A DNA stretch of 64,000 nucleotides from Octopus sinensis (taxonomy: Eukaryota). The notes under the pieces were generated by a model. The model was not told the DNA's origin. It ran no database searches and was given only the letters and a program-made list of their open reading frames with translations. Every line of letters begins with the position of its first letter. The stretch's first letter is position 1. Below, piece after piece: positions 39,567-51,247 of this stretch. The DNA lies in contig NC_043022.1 in NCBI RefSeq assembly GCF_006345805.1, forward strand, positions 682,001 to 746,000. The letters run 5' to 3'. Made by a program: the position numbers and the translations under genes.

Positions 39567-39784
39567 ACAATATTATAGTGAGGGCAGTTACAAGAAGTAA
39601 AACCACATGCTGGAAATAGATGTCAAAGGTCCTGAGCTACTTTATCAAATATACACTTTTTTTTTCATTGATTATTCCCTCAATTTCAGCACGAGTGTAT
39701 ATTTGATAAAGTAGCTTAGGGTCTTTGACATCTATTTCCAGCGTGTGGTTTTACTTTTCATAACTGCCTTTACTGTAATATTGT
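39567..39784. mobile_element. Fold-back / MITE-like element, about 90-bp imperfect inverted arms
   Basis: Left arm 39567-39657 and right arm 39694-39784 are reverse complements, with mostly transition differences. Confidence 0.7.
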
Positions 39785-39816
39785 ATTTATAAAATTATGT
39801 ACTGCGTATTAATTTT

Positions 39817-39867
<51 letters not shown>

Positions 39868-39873
<6 letters not shown>

Positions 39874-40056
39874 TGCTAGCCACTAAACCGTTTTTTTTTT
39901 TCTCTCTCCCTGCTTATTTCTGTGTTCCTTTCTGTTGAAGAGCATAGGCTCGAAACATAAAAGACTTTCTCGCTTCCCAAGCGTTAAACTAATACATCTG
40001 TTTGTTGTTTACATACCCGGCTTCGTCTTTTGTTTTGTTTGTTTTTTGTAAATTCC

Positions 40057-40060
<4 letters not shown>
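39868..40060 (+). mobile_element. Probable PLE pLTR remnant of another family with a degenerate hammerhead-like motif
   Basis: cttt-CTGTTGA-A-gag catagg ctc-GAAAC-AT-A-aaag at 39928-39963, flanked on both sides by long (TA)n. Confidence 0.45.
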
Positions 40061-40101
<41 letters not shown>

Positions 40102-40220
40102 ATATATATGCTTACATGCCTACATTTTTGTGTATGTGACCAGAGATTATATAGACAATTCTCCATGGTTGAGAAGCAAACTTCTTAACCACACAGCCAT
40201 ATATATATATATATATATAT

Positions 40221-40521
40221 CACCGTGACCGACCAGGCTATCATATGTTGCTACATATCGCTGGTCACAATGCGCTTCGCATTGTTTTAGTCTTCAAATG
40301 ATGCCATCCCGCTGGCTAAGCAAGGAGGCCAACAGAAGAATGAGTGAGTGAAACTTGTGGTGAAAGAGTACAGCAGGGATCACCACCACCCCCTGTCGGA
40401 GCCTCGTGGAGCCTTAGGTGTTTTCGCTGAATAAACACTCACAACGCCCGGTCTAGGAATCGAAACCGCGATCCTACAACTGTGAGTCCACTACCCTAAC
40501 CACTGGGCCATTGCGCCTCCA
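40221..40521 (-). mobile_element. SINE family D, minus strand copy
   Basis: Aligns end to end with 31741-32040. Confidence 0.85.
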
Positions 40522-40530
40522 CACACCACA

Positions 40531-40596
<66 letters not shown>

Positions 40597-40978
40597 AAAG
40601 GTGTATTATAAGTATTATAGAACACAGTCCTATATAAAGTCAACAATTGAACTCAGCCTTAAGGCAGCAGGCCACAGCAATTGAAGGAGGTGGGAGGGGG
40701 CAAGCAATAGTAACATATTCAGTAGGAGGTAGGGGTAATATTCATGTATTGCTATTGTGTATAAGAGTGTGGTGGTGGTGGTGGTGGTGGTGGTGGTGGT
40801 GGTGGTGGCAGTATTAGTGTAGGGTCCTCCTAGTAGTAATATTAAGTAGGAGGGTTGGGGTGATAATATGTTGAGTTAAGTGGGGGGGGAAGTAAGATGG
40901 TGATGGTATGTATTAAGTAGGGGGTAGGGGTGATGGTATATTAAGAGGTATAACAGTGGTACTGGTATGTATGAATGA

Positions 40979-41026
<48 letters not shown>

Positions 41027-42444
41027 GAGGTAGGGGTAGTGTTGGTAGTAAGCTTAAATGGTTGTGGCACCTAGGTGAATAGGTTAGAGATAAATGGATA
41101 AGAAGTGCTGTGAGGGGCGGGGAGTGGTTACTATATATCAGCTTGAGGTGTAGGGAGGGGGGATTAGCATATGGTGTGGGGGGTTGAAGGGTTGACACTA
41201 GTGGTGGTGGTGGTGGTGACACTTGCAGGTGGAGGTTAATCCCCCCCCCCCGCCCAGTGATGGGGTGTGTGTTGGAGATAGAGCGGGGGGGGGGTTGCAG
41301 TCTGTTGACAAAGTACTAGTTTGTGGAGTTGAAGAGGCAGCCTTAAGGGTGTGCTGGAAGATTGATAAGAGGGGGGGGGCTGTTGACAATGGTGTGGTGG
41401 GGGTGTGGAGTTGTGGTATGGCTTGGATTGTAAAATATGTGGTGGGTGGCAAGGGTGGAAATTGATGGATGTGTGGTGTGGTAGTAGCGGGGGGGGGGGA
41501 GGGGTGATGAGTGCAAGCTTTGCTTGGTGGGGCGGTGAAGTAGTGGTGTGTGGCATGGATGGATTGAGTATGGTTGTTTTATCTCTGAAGCTAAAAAGAC
41601 TTTCATTTTCAACTTGTTGCTAGAATCAACAACAGGAAGAGCAAAGCGAAATGAGTTCCGAGGAAAGCAAACGGTTTGAGCCAAGCAGCCGCAAGTGTGC
41701 ATGCACGTGCGCCTGTGCCTGTGCGCATGTGTGTGCAATCTTGCAAGCAGTTTCCTTTCTTTAGAACTTCCCATCCATCTTTCTCTATCTCTCTCTCTCT
41801 CTCTACCTCTCCCCCTCTCCGTACCATTTGTCTCTCTCTCCCTGTCTCGCTCTGTCCATCTCCTTCCATGTCCCTTCCTCCCACCCTCTCCCCTACCCCT
41901 CCCTGCTATGGTTCAATATTGTTGCTTGCTTTCCATTCAAACATTTTTCCAAACATTTATTTAAACTTCTTTTATTTCCTACCCCCCCCCTACTATTTAT
42001 TAATTTATATTAACCCCCCACCCCCACACCTACACCACCTCCACCTCCACCAAACACTGAGAGATCCCTAATAATAATTCCTTTAGGTTCTTGTCCCCTG
42101 TATGTATGTATACTATGTAATGCAGTGGAGAGGCAGGGGTGATGGGGAGGGGGTGAGGTACAATTAAGGGCTGAGGAGAGGGGCCAGATATATAAAAGAA
42201 ATGACTGCAAGTAAATGCATTTAATAACCACAAAGCCTGGGAATAAACACTCCAGGAAATTTGATGATTCAGAGATGAAAGGCTTCTCTTTCTCTGCCCC
42301 ACCCCTCCCTTCTTGCACTTTCTTTCGGCTACCCCCTAATCCCATTCCCACCCTTTATTCTCATAGTCTCTGTGGTGGTTGCCGCCATCATGGTCATGGG
42401 AAGAACAGGGATGAATGGTTGAAAGAAGTCCTCACCACTTAGTG

Positions 42445-43150
42445 GAATAATAATAATAATAATAATCATAAAATAGTAATGATGATGACAATAATGATAA
42501 TATTCATAAAGTAATAATAAAATGATAATAATAATAATAATAATAATAATAAGGATAATAATAATGATAATAATAATAATGATAATAATAATAATAATAA
42601 TAAAATAATAATAATAATAATAAAATGATAATAATGATGATAATAATAATAATAATAATAAAATGATAATAATGATGATAATAATAATAATAATAAAATG
42701 GTAATAATAATAAAATGATAATAATAAAATAATAATAATAATAATAATGATAATAATAATAATGATAATGAAATAATAATAATAATAAAATGATAATAAT
42801 AAAATAATAATAATAATAATGATAATAATAATAATGATAATGAAATGATAATAATAAAATAATAATAATAATAATAAAATAATAACAATAATAATAATGA
42901 TAATATAATAATGATAATGAAATAATAATAATAATAAAATGATAATAATAAAATAATAATAATAATAATAATGATAATAATAATAATGATAATGAAATGA
43001 TAATAATAAAATAATAATAATAATAATAAAATAATAACAATAATAATAATGATAATAATAATAATGATAATGAAATAATAATAGCAATCCTAAAATCATA
43101 ATAATAATCATATGATGATGATGATGATGTTGGTGGTAATAATAATAGCA
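42445..43150 (+). repeat. Compound (AAT)n/(GATAAT) microsatellite with higher-order repetition
   Basis: About 700 bp of AAT variants. This is the source of the poly-I/Y/L pseudo-ORFs. Confidence 0.95.
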
Positions 43151-43803
43151 ACAATAATAATGAAAGAAAAGAGGTTCAAATTGAGAATAAAGGGTTGTGT
43201 ATACATGAAAAGGAGCAAGGAGGAGAGTAGCTGGCAGTGTGTAAGGGGATGCTGCGGCAGTGAGCCATCGTCATACAGGGAAGGGGAAGAGGGGCTGTTT
43301 TAGAGCCACATTAAAGGGGTCAGGTTGTGTTTTGTTTTGTTCCGACCCCATCCCTGCCACGCTATTTGTTGCTGCAGAACTGACTGATGAAGGGAAATCT
43401 CCACCACCCCACCCCGTTCATGAAGTATTTCCAGGATCCAAGGAACCGTAAATAATGGAATTTACTAAACTGACACACAATCAGTTTAGAATGACGAAAC
43501 GGACAGAATGATTTCCCCATTGTTATGGTTTAGTTCTGAGTTCAAGTCCAGCCAATATCAATTTTCTTTTTTTTTCTTTTTTACCTGATGTTTTATTTTT
43601 GCGGCTACAAGACAGAATAAATCTTATTTGAAGAAGTCTCATTAAGGTACCAGTCATATATTCGTACCAATCTGGTCAACTATATCCATTTCTCATGCTT
43701 CTATTTGAGGCCCTGTACCTTGGATCAGAATTTAACATGTTCACGGCATGACTGTATGACTAAGAAGTATATATGTCTCTATGTGTGAGTATATATGAGT
43801 GTT

Positions 43804-43837
<34 letters not shown>

Positions 43838-44100
43838 TATATATATATCCAAATTGAGGGTGAGGAGAAGGTAAAATCTAGGCTACATATGTTTCCCAGC
43901 TAGCAGAACCTCAGAAGTAGTAATTACCCAAAAGAGGAGTGATCTGCTAGGTACTCATCAAGCCAAAGATACCTTAGTTAAATGAAGGTTCCATTGTTGT
44001 CAGTGGATCCCAAGTTATATGTGTGTGTTTGTGTGTATGTGAGTATATATGTATATATAATGTGCATGTATGAGTATGTATATATATATATATACATACA

Positions 44101-44730
44101 CAGGGTGCGGTGAATAAATTGTCGTCTAAATTATGCAAAAATAAAAATAACACTCACATCTCATTTTAACAGATATATTTATCAAAATTACGTAAAAATA
44201 TCTTGAAATACTAAAGAGTAAATTTATTCAATGAAATTGCCATTGGCTTCAACTACAGCCCCCAAACAACTTTGGAATCTCCTGCAACTCTTCTGGATGG
44301 TCTCCTTGTTTAAGTTGGTGAATGCTGCCATAATCCTTGCCATCAGTTCATCTTTGGTGTTGTTACAAGCAGTTTTGTTGGTCTCTTGCTCAACTGTGCC
44401 CCACACATGATAATGAAGGGGTTGTAGTCTGGGGAGTTAGGTAGCCAGATGTTAGGTGTGATGTGGTTGCAGAAATTGTCTGACAGCCATGACTGGGTTC
44501 TCCTGATTGTGTGGCATGGTGCAGAGTTCTGTTGCCAGATATAGGGTCTTCCAGCAGCCACCCTCTTGACCCAGGGCAGCACTTCCTCCTCCAGCCACTT
44601 GATGTAGGCCTCTGCATTAAGTGTGACGCATGTAGGAAGATGAATGGAGGCATAAGGTAATCATCACTAGTGATCACTCCAAATACCATGATGTTGACTG
44701 GATGTTTGGTTTTTATCAATCTCGGTACAT
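44101..44730 (-). mobile_element. Tc1/mariner superfamily maT (DD37D) transposase remnant with one TIR
   Basis: Frameshifted peptides KTKHPVNIMVFGVITSD, WQQNSAPCH...WLPNSPDYNP, and WGTVEQETNKT...CRRFQSCLGAVVEANGNFIE*. Spacing between the 2nd and 3rd catalytic positions is about 37 residues. TIR-like cagggtgcggtgaataaattgtc at 44101. Confidence 0.85.
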
Positions 44731-45353
44731 GTCCTCAGACTCTGTGTGTATTTATGTACATGCGTGAGTATATACATATATTATCACCTCGTAACCGTCT
44801 CCAATGCCTCGAATTGAGTGCAAAGGCATAACTAATGAAACTGAAAGTAAGAAGTCTTCCTGTGGCATTTGTTCTGCCTGACTTCCACAGACCGTGTCAC
44901 CCTCCCTGTCATATGTAAATTCAGTGAACCATTCACTGATTGGCACATTAAAAGCATGAAGACATGCTTATTATTGTTCACATAATGAGGTATGAAATAA
45001 AACCCGAATGAATGAAGCAGGTGGTGATGGCCATGGTGATGGTGGAGGTGGGGGTATGTCTGGCTAGAAGCCTTCCAAACAGGATTTTGATTTCATTACG
45101 TGTGTATTTTGTCTAACTCCGTTTCTTTCATTGTTCTCATTCGATTTGTTAAATTGCAAAATAGCCATTGTGACGCCTTCTAAAATATCTATTTTACAAT
45201 GTTCTCAGTAAATCGTGCAAGTTGCATATATATATATATATACATATATACATATATATAATGTGTGTGTGACAAGAGAACAAGAAATCATGTACTTCAT
45301 TTTATTCTGTTTATGCACTCTATTGACTAATGCTTTTGTCAGATGTGTATGTG

Positions 45354-45384
<31 letters not shown>

Positions 45385-48321
45385 ATGTATAAGTCTATAT
45401 ACGTATATATATAATTTAAAAATAGAATAAAATCTTTATAAGAATTTATCAAGTAGTTAGTGCGACAAACCTCATAAGAGAAAAATCCACCAATTTTTCT
45501 CATAAATATATTTATTTATATTATATAGAGGGCGTTACTATACATAAATGTCACACGCTAGGAGGGACTCTTAAAGTCAAAACTATGTATGTATATAATA
45601 TATATACGACGAGTTTCTTTCATTCTCCGTCTACCAAATCCACTCACAAAGCTTTGGTCGAGCTGAGTCTGCAGAAGAAGACACTTGCCCAAGGTCCCAT
45701 GCTGTGGGACTGAACCCAGAACTATGTGGTTGGAAAGCAAGCTTCGTACCACACAGTCACTCCTGCACCTATATATATCTGTTATATATATATAAATATA
45801 TTTTTTATTATTAGACATGTTTGTTATATATATATATAAAGGGTAAAGACCCCCTTCAGTCATGAATGACCATGGGATTGCTCCTTGAAAGTTCCCCTCC
45901 AAGGCACAAGTCTGGACAAGGTTATTTGTGGATGACCAGCAGGTGGTATCGACATGCTTTCATCCTCCACCTCTGCCCAGCAAAACATCCAAGATGAGAC
46001 CGCAGGAGGGAGAGAGAGGGTTCACACCAGCAGTGCGCTTGTACTTATTTTCAGCTGAGTAGAGCTGAGCAACTTGTGATGGAGTGCTTTGCTCAGGGAC
46101 ACAACTTTCTGATGATGACCCCAATACCTGAATCTTTAGGGCCACACTTCTTTACAATCAGATAGTAATGTCACTGTGTATCATTAGCAAGGGGTTAAGT
46201 AGATCATATTGACCCCAGCACTTGATTTTAAGTTTGCTACTTATCCTTATTGGTCTCTCTCTCTATAAACTGAACTGTTCGGTTAAACCATATGTACATA
46301 CATACATATATATATATACACACATGTATATATACAGAGAGAGTGGGAGTGCTAAAGCAAGCATGGTATAGATAGTCACACAGACTGTTACATAATTTCT
46401 TTTGGTTATTTTGTATTCCATGTAAATATACTTATCAAGCCTACCTTTTTATTTACGTGTGTTTGTGTGTGTGAAGGCACGTGGCTTAGTGGTTAAGGTG
46501 TTGGACTCATGATTGGAAGATTGTGGTTTTGATTCCTAGACCAGACAATTCTTGTGTTCTTGAGCGAAAAAAACATGTTGCCCCCATCTACTCAGCTGGC
46601 AAAAAGGAGTAACCCTGCGACAGCCTGGCATCCCATCCAGGGGCAGAATATACATGCCACAGAACCCGGAAAATCAGCCTTAAGAGCCTATGGCTCAGGA
46701 AGGACCTTACATCCCTTGAGATGAGAGATGAAGGTGAAATCTATTTGTTGTTGAGCTTTGTATAAATACAGTTAATTACTATTATTGTTATTCAAGGTGG
46801 CAAACTGGCTCAATCGTTAGCAGACCAGTAAAATGCTTAGCAGTATTTCGTCTGCCATTACATTCTGAGTTTCCAAAGGTGAATTATTCAAACCCCAAAG
46901 AATTCCTCTCAACACATGGCTCTGATGCGCCCCTATTATTACTGTTATTTGTGTAGTTTAGCAAAAGATGTTCAATTAGGGAGAATTATATATATATATA
47001 GCCTTTGATATTTGCTATCCAAAGGGTTTTTAACCTAATGTTTACATGTTATTATTTATTGCTTTATCTAATGAGAATTCCAGCAATGGAAACAAATATA
47101 TGTTTATTTCTGTTTAATAGTATACACCTTTTATATTTAGGTTGGTTTCCATCTATTTCATTCAGTTTCATTCAGCTTCTTTCAGTTTCCGTTTACCAGT
47201 TCCACTCACTAGTCTTCAGTTGGCCTGAAGCTGTAGTAGAAGACACTTCCCCTAGGTATAAAGCAGTGGGACTGAACCCAGAACCATGTGGTAAGCTTCC
47301 TACCACAACAGCCACACCCGGAATCTCTGATTAGTTCAAAGCATTACATTTGACAGAGCAATCTGAATGCTAAAGGGGGAAGGCAGTGTGGAAGAAAGCA
47401 ATGTTCGCATCGTTTTGAAGGAATGAGTAAAATGGAAACTGTGTAGAATACCTTCAGCTGGATATATACTTGTAATTTAAAGTTACAGCTTGGGAATTAG
47501 GTCTTACTGTGGAATACTCGGCTGCTTTTACTTTAATTTAACAAGCCAGTCATTCAATGGATCGAACTGCAAACCCATTTTCAGAACATTGATACAATAA
47601 AGGATCCATCAGTGTCATGTTAATTTTTCAATCAGATATGGGAGACAATTCCAGACGTGTGTTAGTCTTATTCTGAACTCATCAAAGGATTTGTAATTAG
47701 AACTCAATTCCTGTTGATTTCAGCTTTGTTTGCATTGTCTCGTTAATTTGAGAAGTCATTGACTTACTGCTAAGCAACAGGCATAGGGCACTTTACAAAA
47801 GGTTTCCCTTCTTTTTTGTTTTTTTGTAATTATTTTAAATTTTTTTGTCTATTAATTATTACTCCTTTTTGTTCTTTAGATTCTTCATTTGACTAAAAAA
47901 AAACATCAACTTCTGTCTGTCTAACGAATCTACCTTCCCTACATGGTTGATTAAACCACATTTGGTTTCATTAAAATATTTGCCTCTTTCTCTTTTCACC
48001 CATCTCTGTAAACACTTCCAAAACAGAAGGATTTACCATTTAACAGCAACAGAATTTTTTTATATATATTTCTATACATTTTACCTTCTTTTTCTGTAAT
48101 TCTTGTTCTTTTGTTTCTCATTATCTTCTTCTCTGCATCTTCCTCCTCTAATCATTTACCTGCAAGTCATTGAGTGGAACTTACCGGTTTTTTTTTAATC
48201 AGCCAGGTGATTTTCAGCTGATTTCCTGTTCAATTTGTTGTTGTTGTTATATTCTTGCTGGAGTTTAGCTCTACATTGCCATGCTGTTTTAGCACTATGC
48301 AACTCACACACACATATATTA

Positions 48322-48356
<35 letters not shown>

Positions 48357-49592
48357 CACTAGGGTATTAATATATGTATATATTTATGTGTGTATGTACA
48401 TACGTATATATGTGTGTATTTGTATGTATATACGTATATATATATATGTATGTGTGTATATGTATATATATGCATGCATATATGTATATATATGTATTTG
48501 TGTGTTTATATGTATGTATGTATAGATAAATTACCACTAAACCAATTCTGAGATAAATCTTCAATGTTAATTAAGGACTGCATGTTGTTGTTCTTCTTCT
48601 TGATACTGTTGTACTGCTGCTGCTGTTGTTGTTGTTGTTGTTGCTACAGTTGTTTAATTGTTTCAGACAATCTAAATATCGTCAACCATGTTTTAGAAAC
48701 AAATAATTACTTTTCTCTATTTTCCTCGTCTAAAATGTGGAGTGTTGATTAATTTGTTCCACTGCTCGTTACTTTCACTTTGGTCTACTTTCTTTTCTCT
48801 TCTTTTCTTTTCTTTTCTTTTTCTTCTTCTTTTTCTGAAATGTAGAACAATTGCCAATTCCAATAGAATTTCGCTATTCTAACTCTGAATAGTTGAAAAT
48901 CTCATTAACATTATTTCAATCTACTCCTCGCACCCTCTTGCCCCAACATCCATCCTGGATTTCCTGATTTATTCCTCAATGTTTTGTCATCATCATCGCC
49001 ATCATCATCATAGCAATGATAATAATGATGATGGTTAGGGTTGATAAGAGGGAATGCACTTACCCGCTTCCCAGAAACCACTGGCCTTGTGCCAAAATTT
49101 GAAACCATTATTATTATTATTATCATTAGCATTAAGGCATTGAGCTGGCAGAATGGTTAGCATGCCAGACAGAATGCTTAGAAGTATTTCATCTGCTACT
49201 ATGTTCCGAGTTCAAATTCCACCAAGGTCAACTTTGCCTTTCATCTTTTCAGCATTGATAAATTAAGTACCAGTAATCGACTGTCCCCCCTCCCCCCCCA
49301 ATTTCAGGCCTTGTGCCTATAGTAGAAAGGATTATTATTATTATTATCAATATGGTGTGCTGGCAGACTCATTAATGCCAGGTAAAACGCTTAGTGGCAC
49401 TTCATCCATCCTTATGTTCTGAGTTCAAATTCCGCCGAGGTCAGCTTTGCCTTTCATCCTTTCAGAGTTGATAAACTAAGTACCAATGAAACACTGGGGT
49501 CGATGTAATCGACGAGTGTCCTCCCCCAAAATTTGAGGCTTTGTGCTGCCAGTAAAATAGTAAAGAAATAATTATTATTATTATTATTATTA

Positions 49593-49948
49593 GGCGCATG
49601 AGTGGCTGTGTGGTAAGTAGCTTGTCTACCAACCACTTGGTTCTGGGTTCAGTCCCACTGCATGGCACTTTGGGCAAGTGTCTTTTACTATAACCTTGGG
49701 CCGACCAAAGCCTTGTGAGTGTATTTGGTAGACGGAAACTGAAAGAAACCCATTGTATATATGTATATATATGTGTGTGTGTTTGTGTGTCTTCCCCCCA
49801 ACATCGCTTGACAACCGATGCTGGTGTGTTTACGTCCCCATAACTTAGCAGTTTGGCAGAAGAGACTGATTTGCTCGACTAAAGACGGTGCTCCAGCATG
49901 GCCGCAGTCAAATGACTGAAACAAGTAAAAGAGTAAAAGAGAGAGTAA
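49593..49948 (+). mobile_element. SINE family A, well preserved copy
   Basis: ggcgcatgagtggctgtgtggtaag head, B-box-like ggttctgggttcagtccc, and (aaagagt)n tail. Further copies at about 3684-3830, 18640-18780, 22235-22410, 23460-23800, 27255-27415, 45605-45770, 47170-47320, 56620-56780 and 61690-61920. Confidence 0.85.
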
Positions 49949-50879
49949 GAGTATTATTATTATTATTATTAACTCTCACAGAATAAGATCTGGTTGAGTG
50001 CAGGCCATTCGATACTTCTCATTTATTGATGTCTTCTTAAACAATCCAGACTTTTTTGTCAGCTTCCAGCATGTTGTTGGCATCTTAAAAGTCTTCTTTT
50101 TTCTTCCAGCAGCCGACATCACAACCAGTTTTCTCTTTCTCCATCATTTTACCTTTCTCTCTTCAATGACTATAAACCAATCCCTCCACCCCCCCACCCC
50201 ACGATTCCCTCTCCTTTGCTCTGGTTTCATTACTTAACAACTTCTGCCTTTCCCACCATGTCTCTCTTGCTATTCTCAGTTTCCATATCTGCTAAACCAG
50301 CCAACTTGCTTCTTATCATTTCACCATCGGCAACCTACTTTCATCCACTTTGTAATCTCATTGGGTTTTTTTTTTGTGTGTGTGTTTTTCCATGTTGTTT
50401 TGTTCTTTGGTTTTTGTTTGTTTTTTTGGCAGTCTCTTCAATTGTGGCGACTTAATTGAACATAACGAATTATTTTGTTTACTTCAATTTTAAAATTATC
50501 TTGATAAACATTTCATAAAGCCTTGAGAATGGATTTGGTAGAGGGGAAACTGAAAGAAGCCCATCATGTGTGTGTGTTACTGTCTCCTTGCCTTGAGATC
50601 TCAGCTATAGCTGTAAACGAGTGTCACCCTCATGCATGTGGTGTTGTTTCTTTCCAACGAAAATATGTCTAGCCAGGGGGAAGTATTATCTTACTAGGCA
50701 AAAGAAGCAACTTGCAGAAAATCTGCCTCATCAAATTGCATCCAACCCATACAAGCATGGAAAAGTGGATGTTAAAACTATAATAACATTAATTGCACAG
50801 TAAGGCAGTGAGCCAGGTCCATGTAATCAACTTACCTGCTCGCTTAAAATTTCAGGCCTTGGGCCTATAGTAGAAAGGA

Positions 50880-51247
50880 TTATTACCTCTGCCTTAGCAA
50901 AGGTGGAGGTATTGTTTTCAGTCGTGTTTCTTTGTTTGTTAATCCGTGGACAAGATATCTCAAGAACTGCTGGATGGATTTGGATGAAACTTTCAGGGAT
51001 GCTTGGCCTCATGACTGGCACAAACTGTTTAGATCGATCCAGTACCGGACAAGGACTCTGGATTATTTTTCTGCTTTTGATTTTACTTAATTTTTGAGAG
51101 CAGTTGGGTTCATTTTTAGTATTCTCGTTTGTGAGAGCAGTTGAGTTTATTTCAGATCTTCTCATTTTAAAAATCATCTCTGGCTAATCGTTGAGAGGGC
51201 ATTGGTTTTACCTTGGCGGAGGTTTGTGCTCTCTGAGTGCTCTTGTT
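50880..51247 (+). mobile_element. Helentron-associated (HINE/DINE-1-like) non-autonomous element, copy 2
   Basis: 5' TTATT, then palindrome acctctgcct-tagcaa-aggtggaggt (50885-50910). 3' subterminal inverted repeat ccttggcggaggt (51211-51223), short hairpin gctctctgagtgc and terminal TT. Inserted in the (ATT) tail of a SINE. Confidence 0.7.

Noticed and set aside
41651-41695. ATG-initiated MSSEESKRFEPSSR in a CpG-containing patch
   Set aside because: Weak donor, and its phase does not fit the expected next GRK exon.
42329-43154. Long ORFs (260 and 216 aa) of poly-I/Y/L
   Set aside because: Translations of an (AAT)n compound microsatellite; no coding signal.
43380-43430. CTGATGA motif (also at 39300)
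   Set aside because: No downstream stem plus GAAA and no helix I complement, so not a hammerhead.
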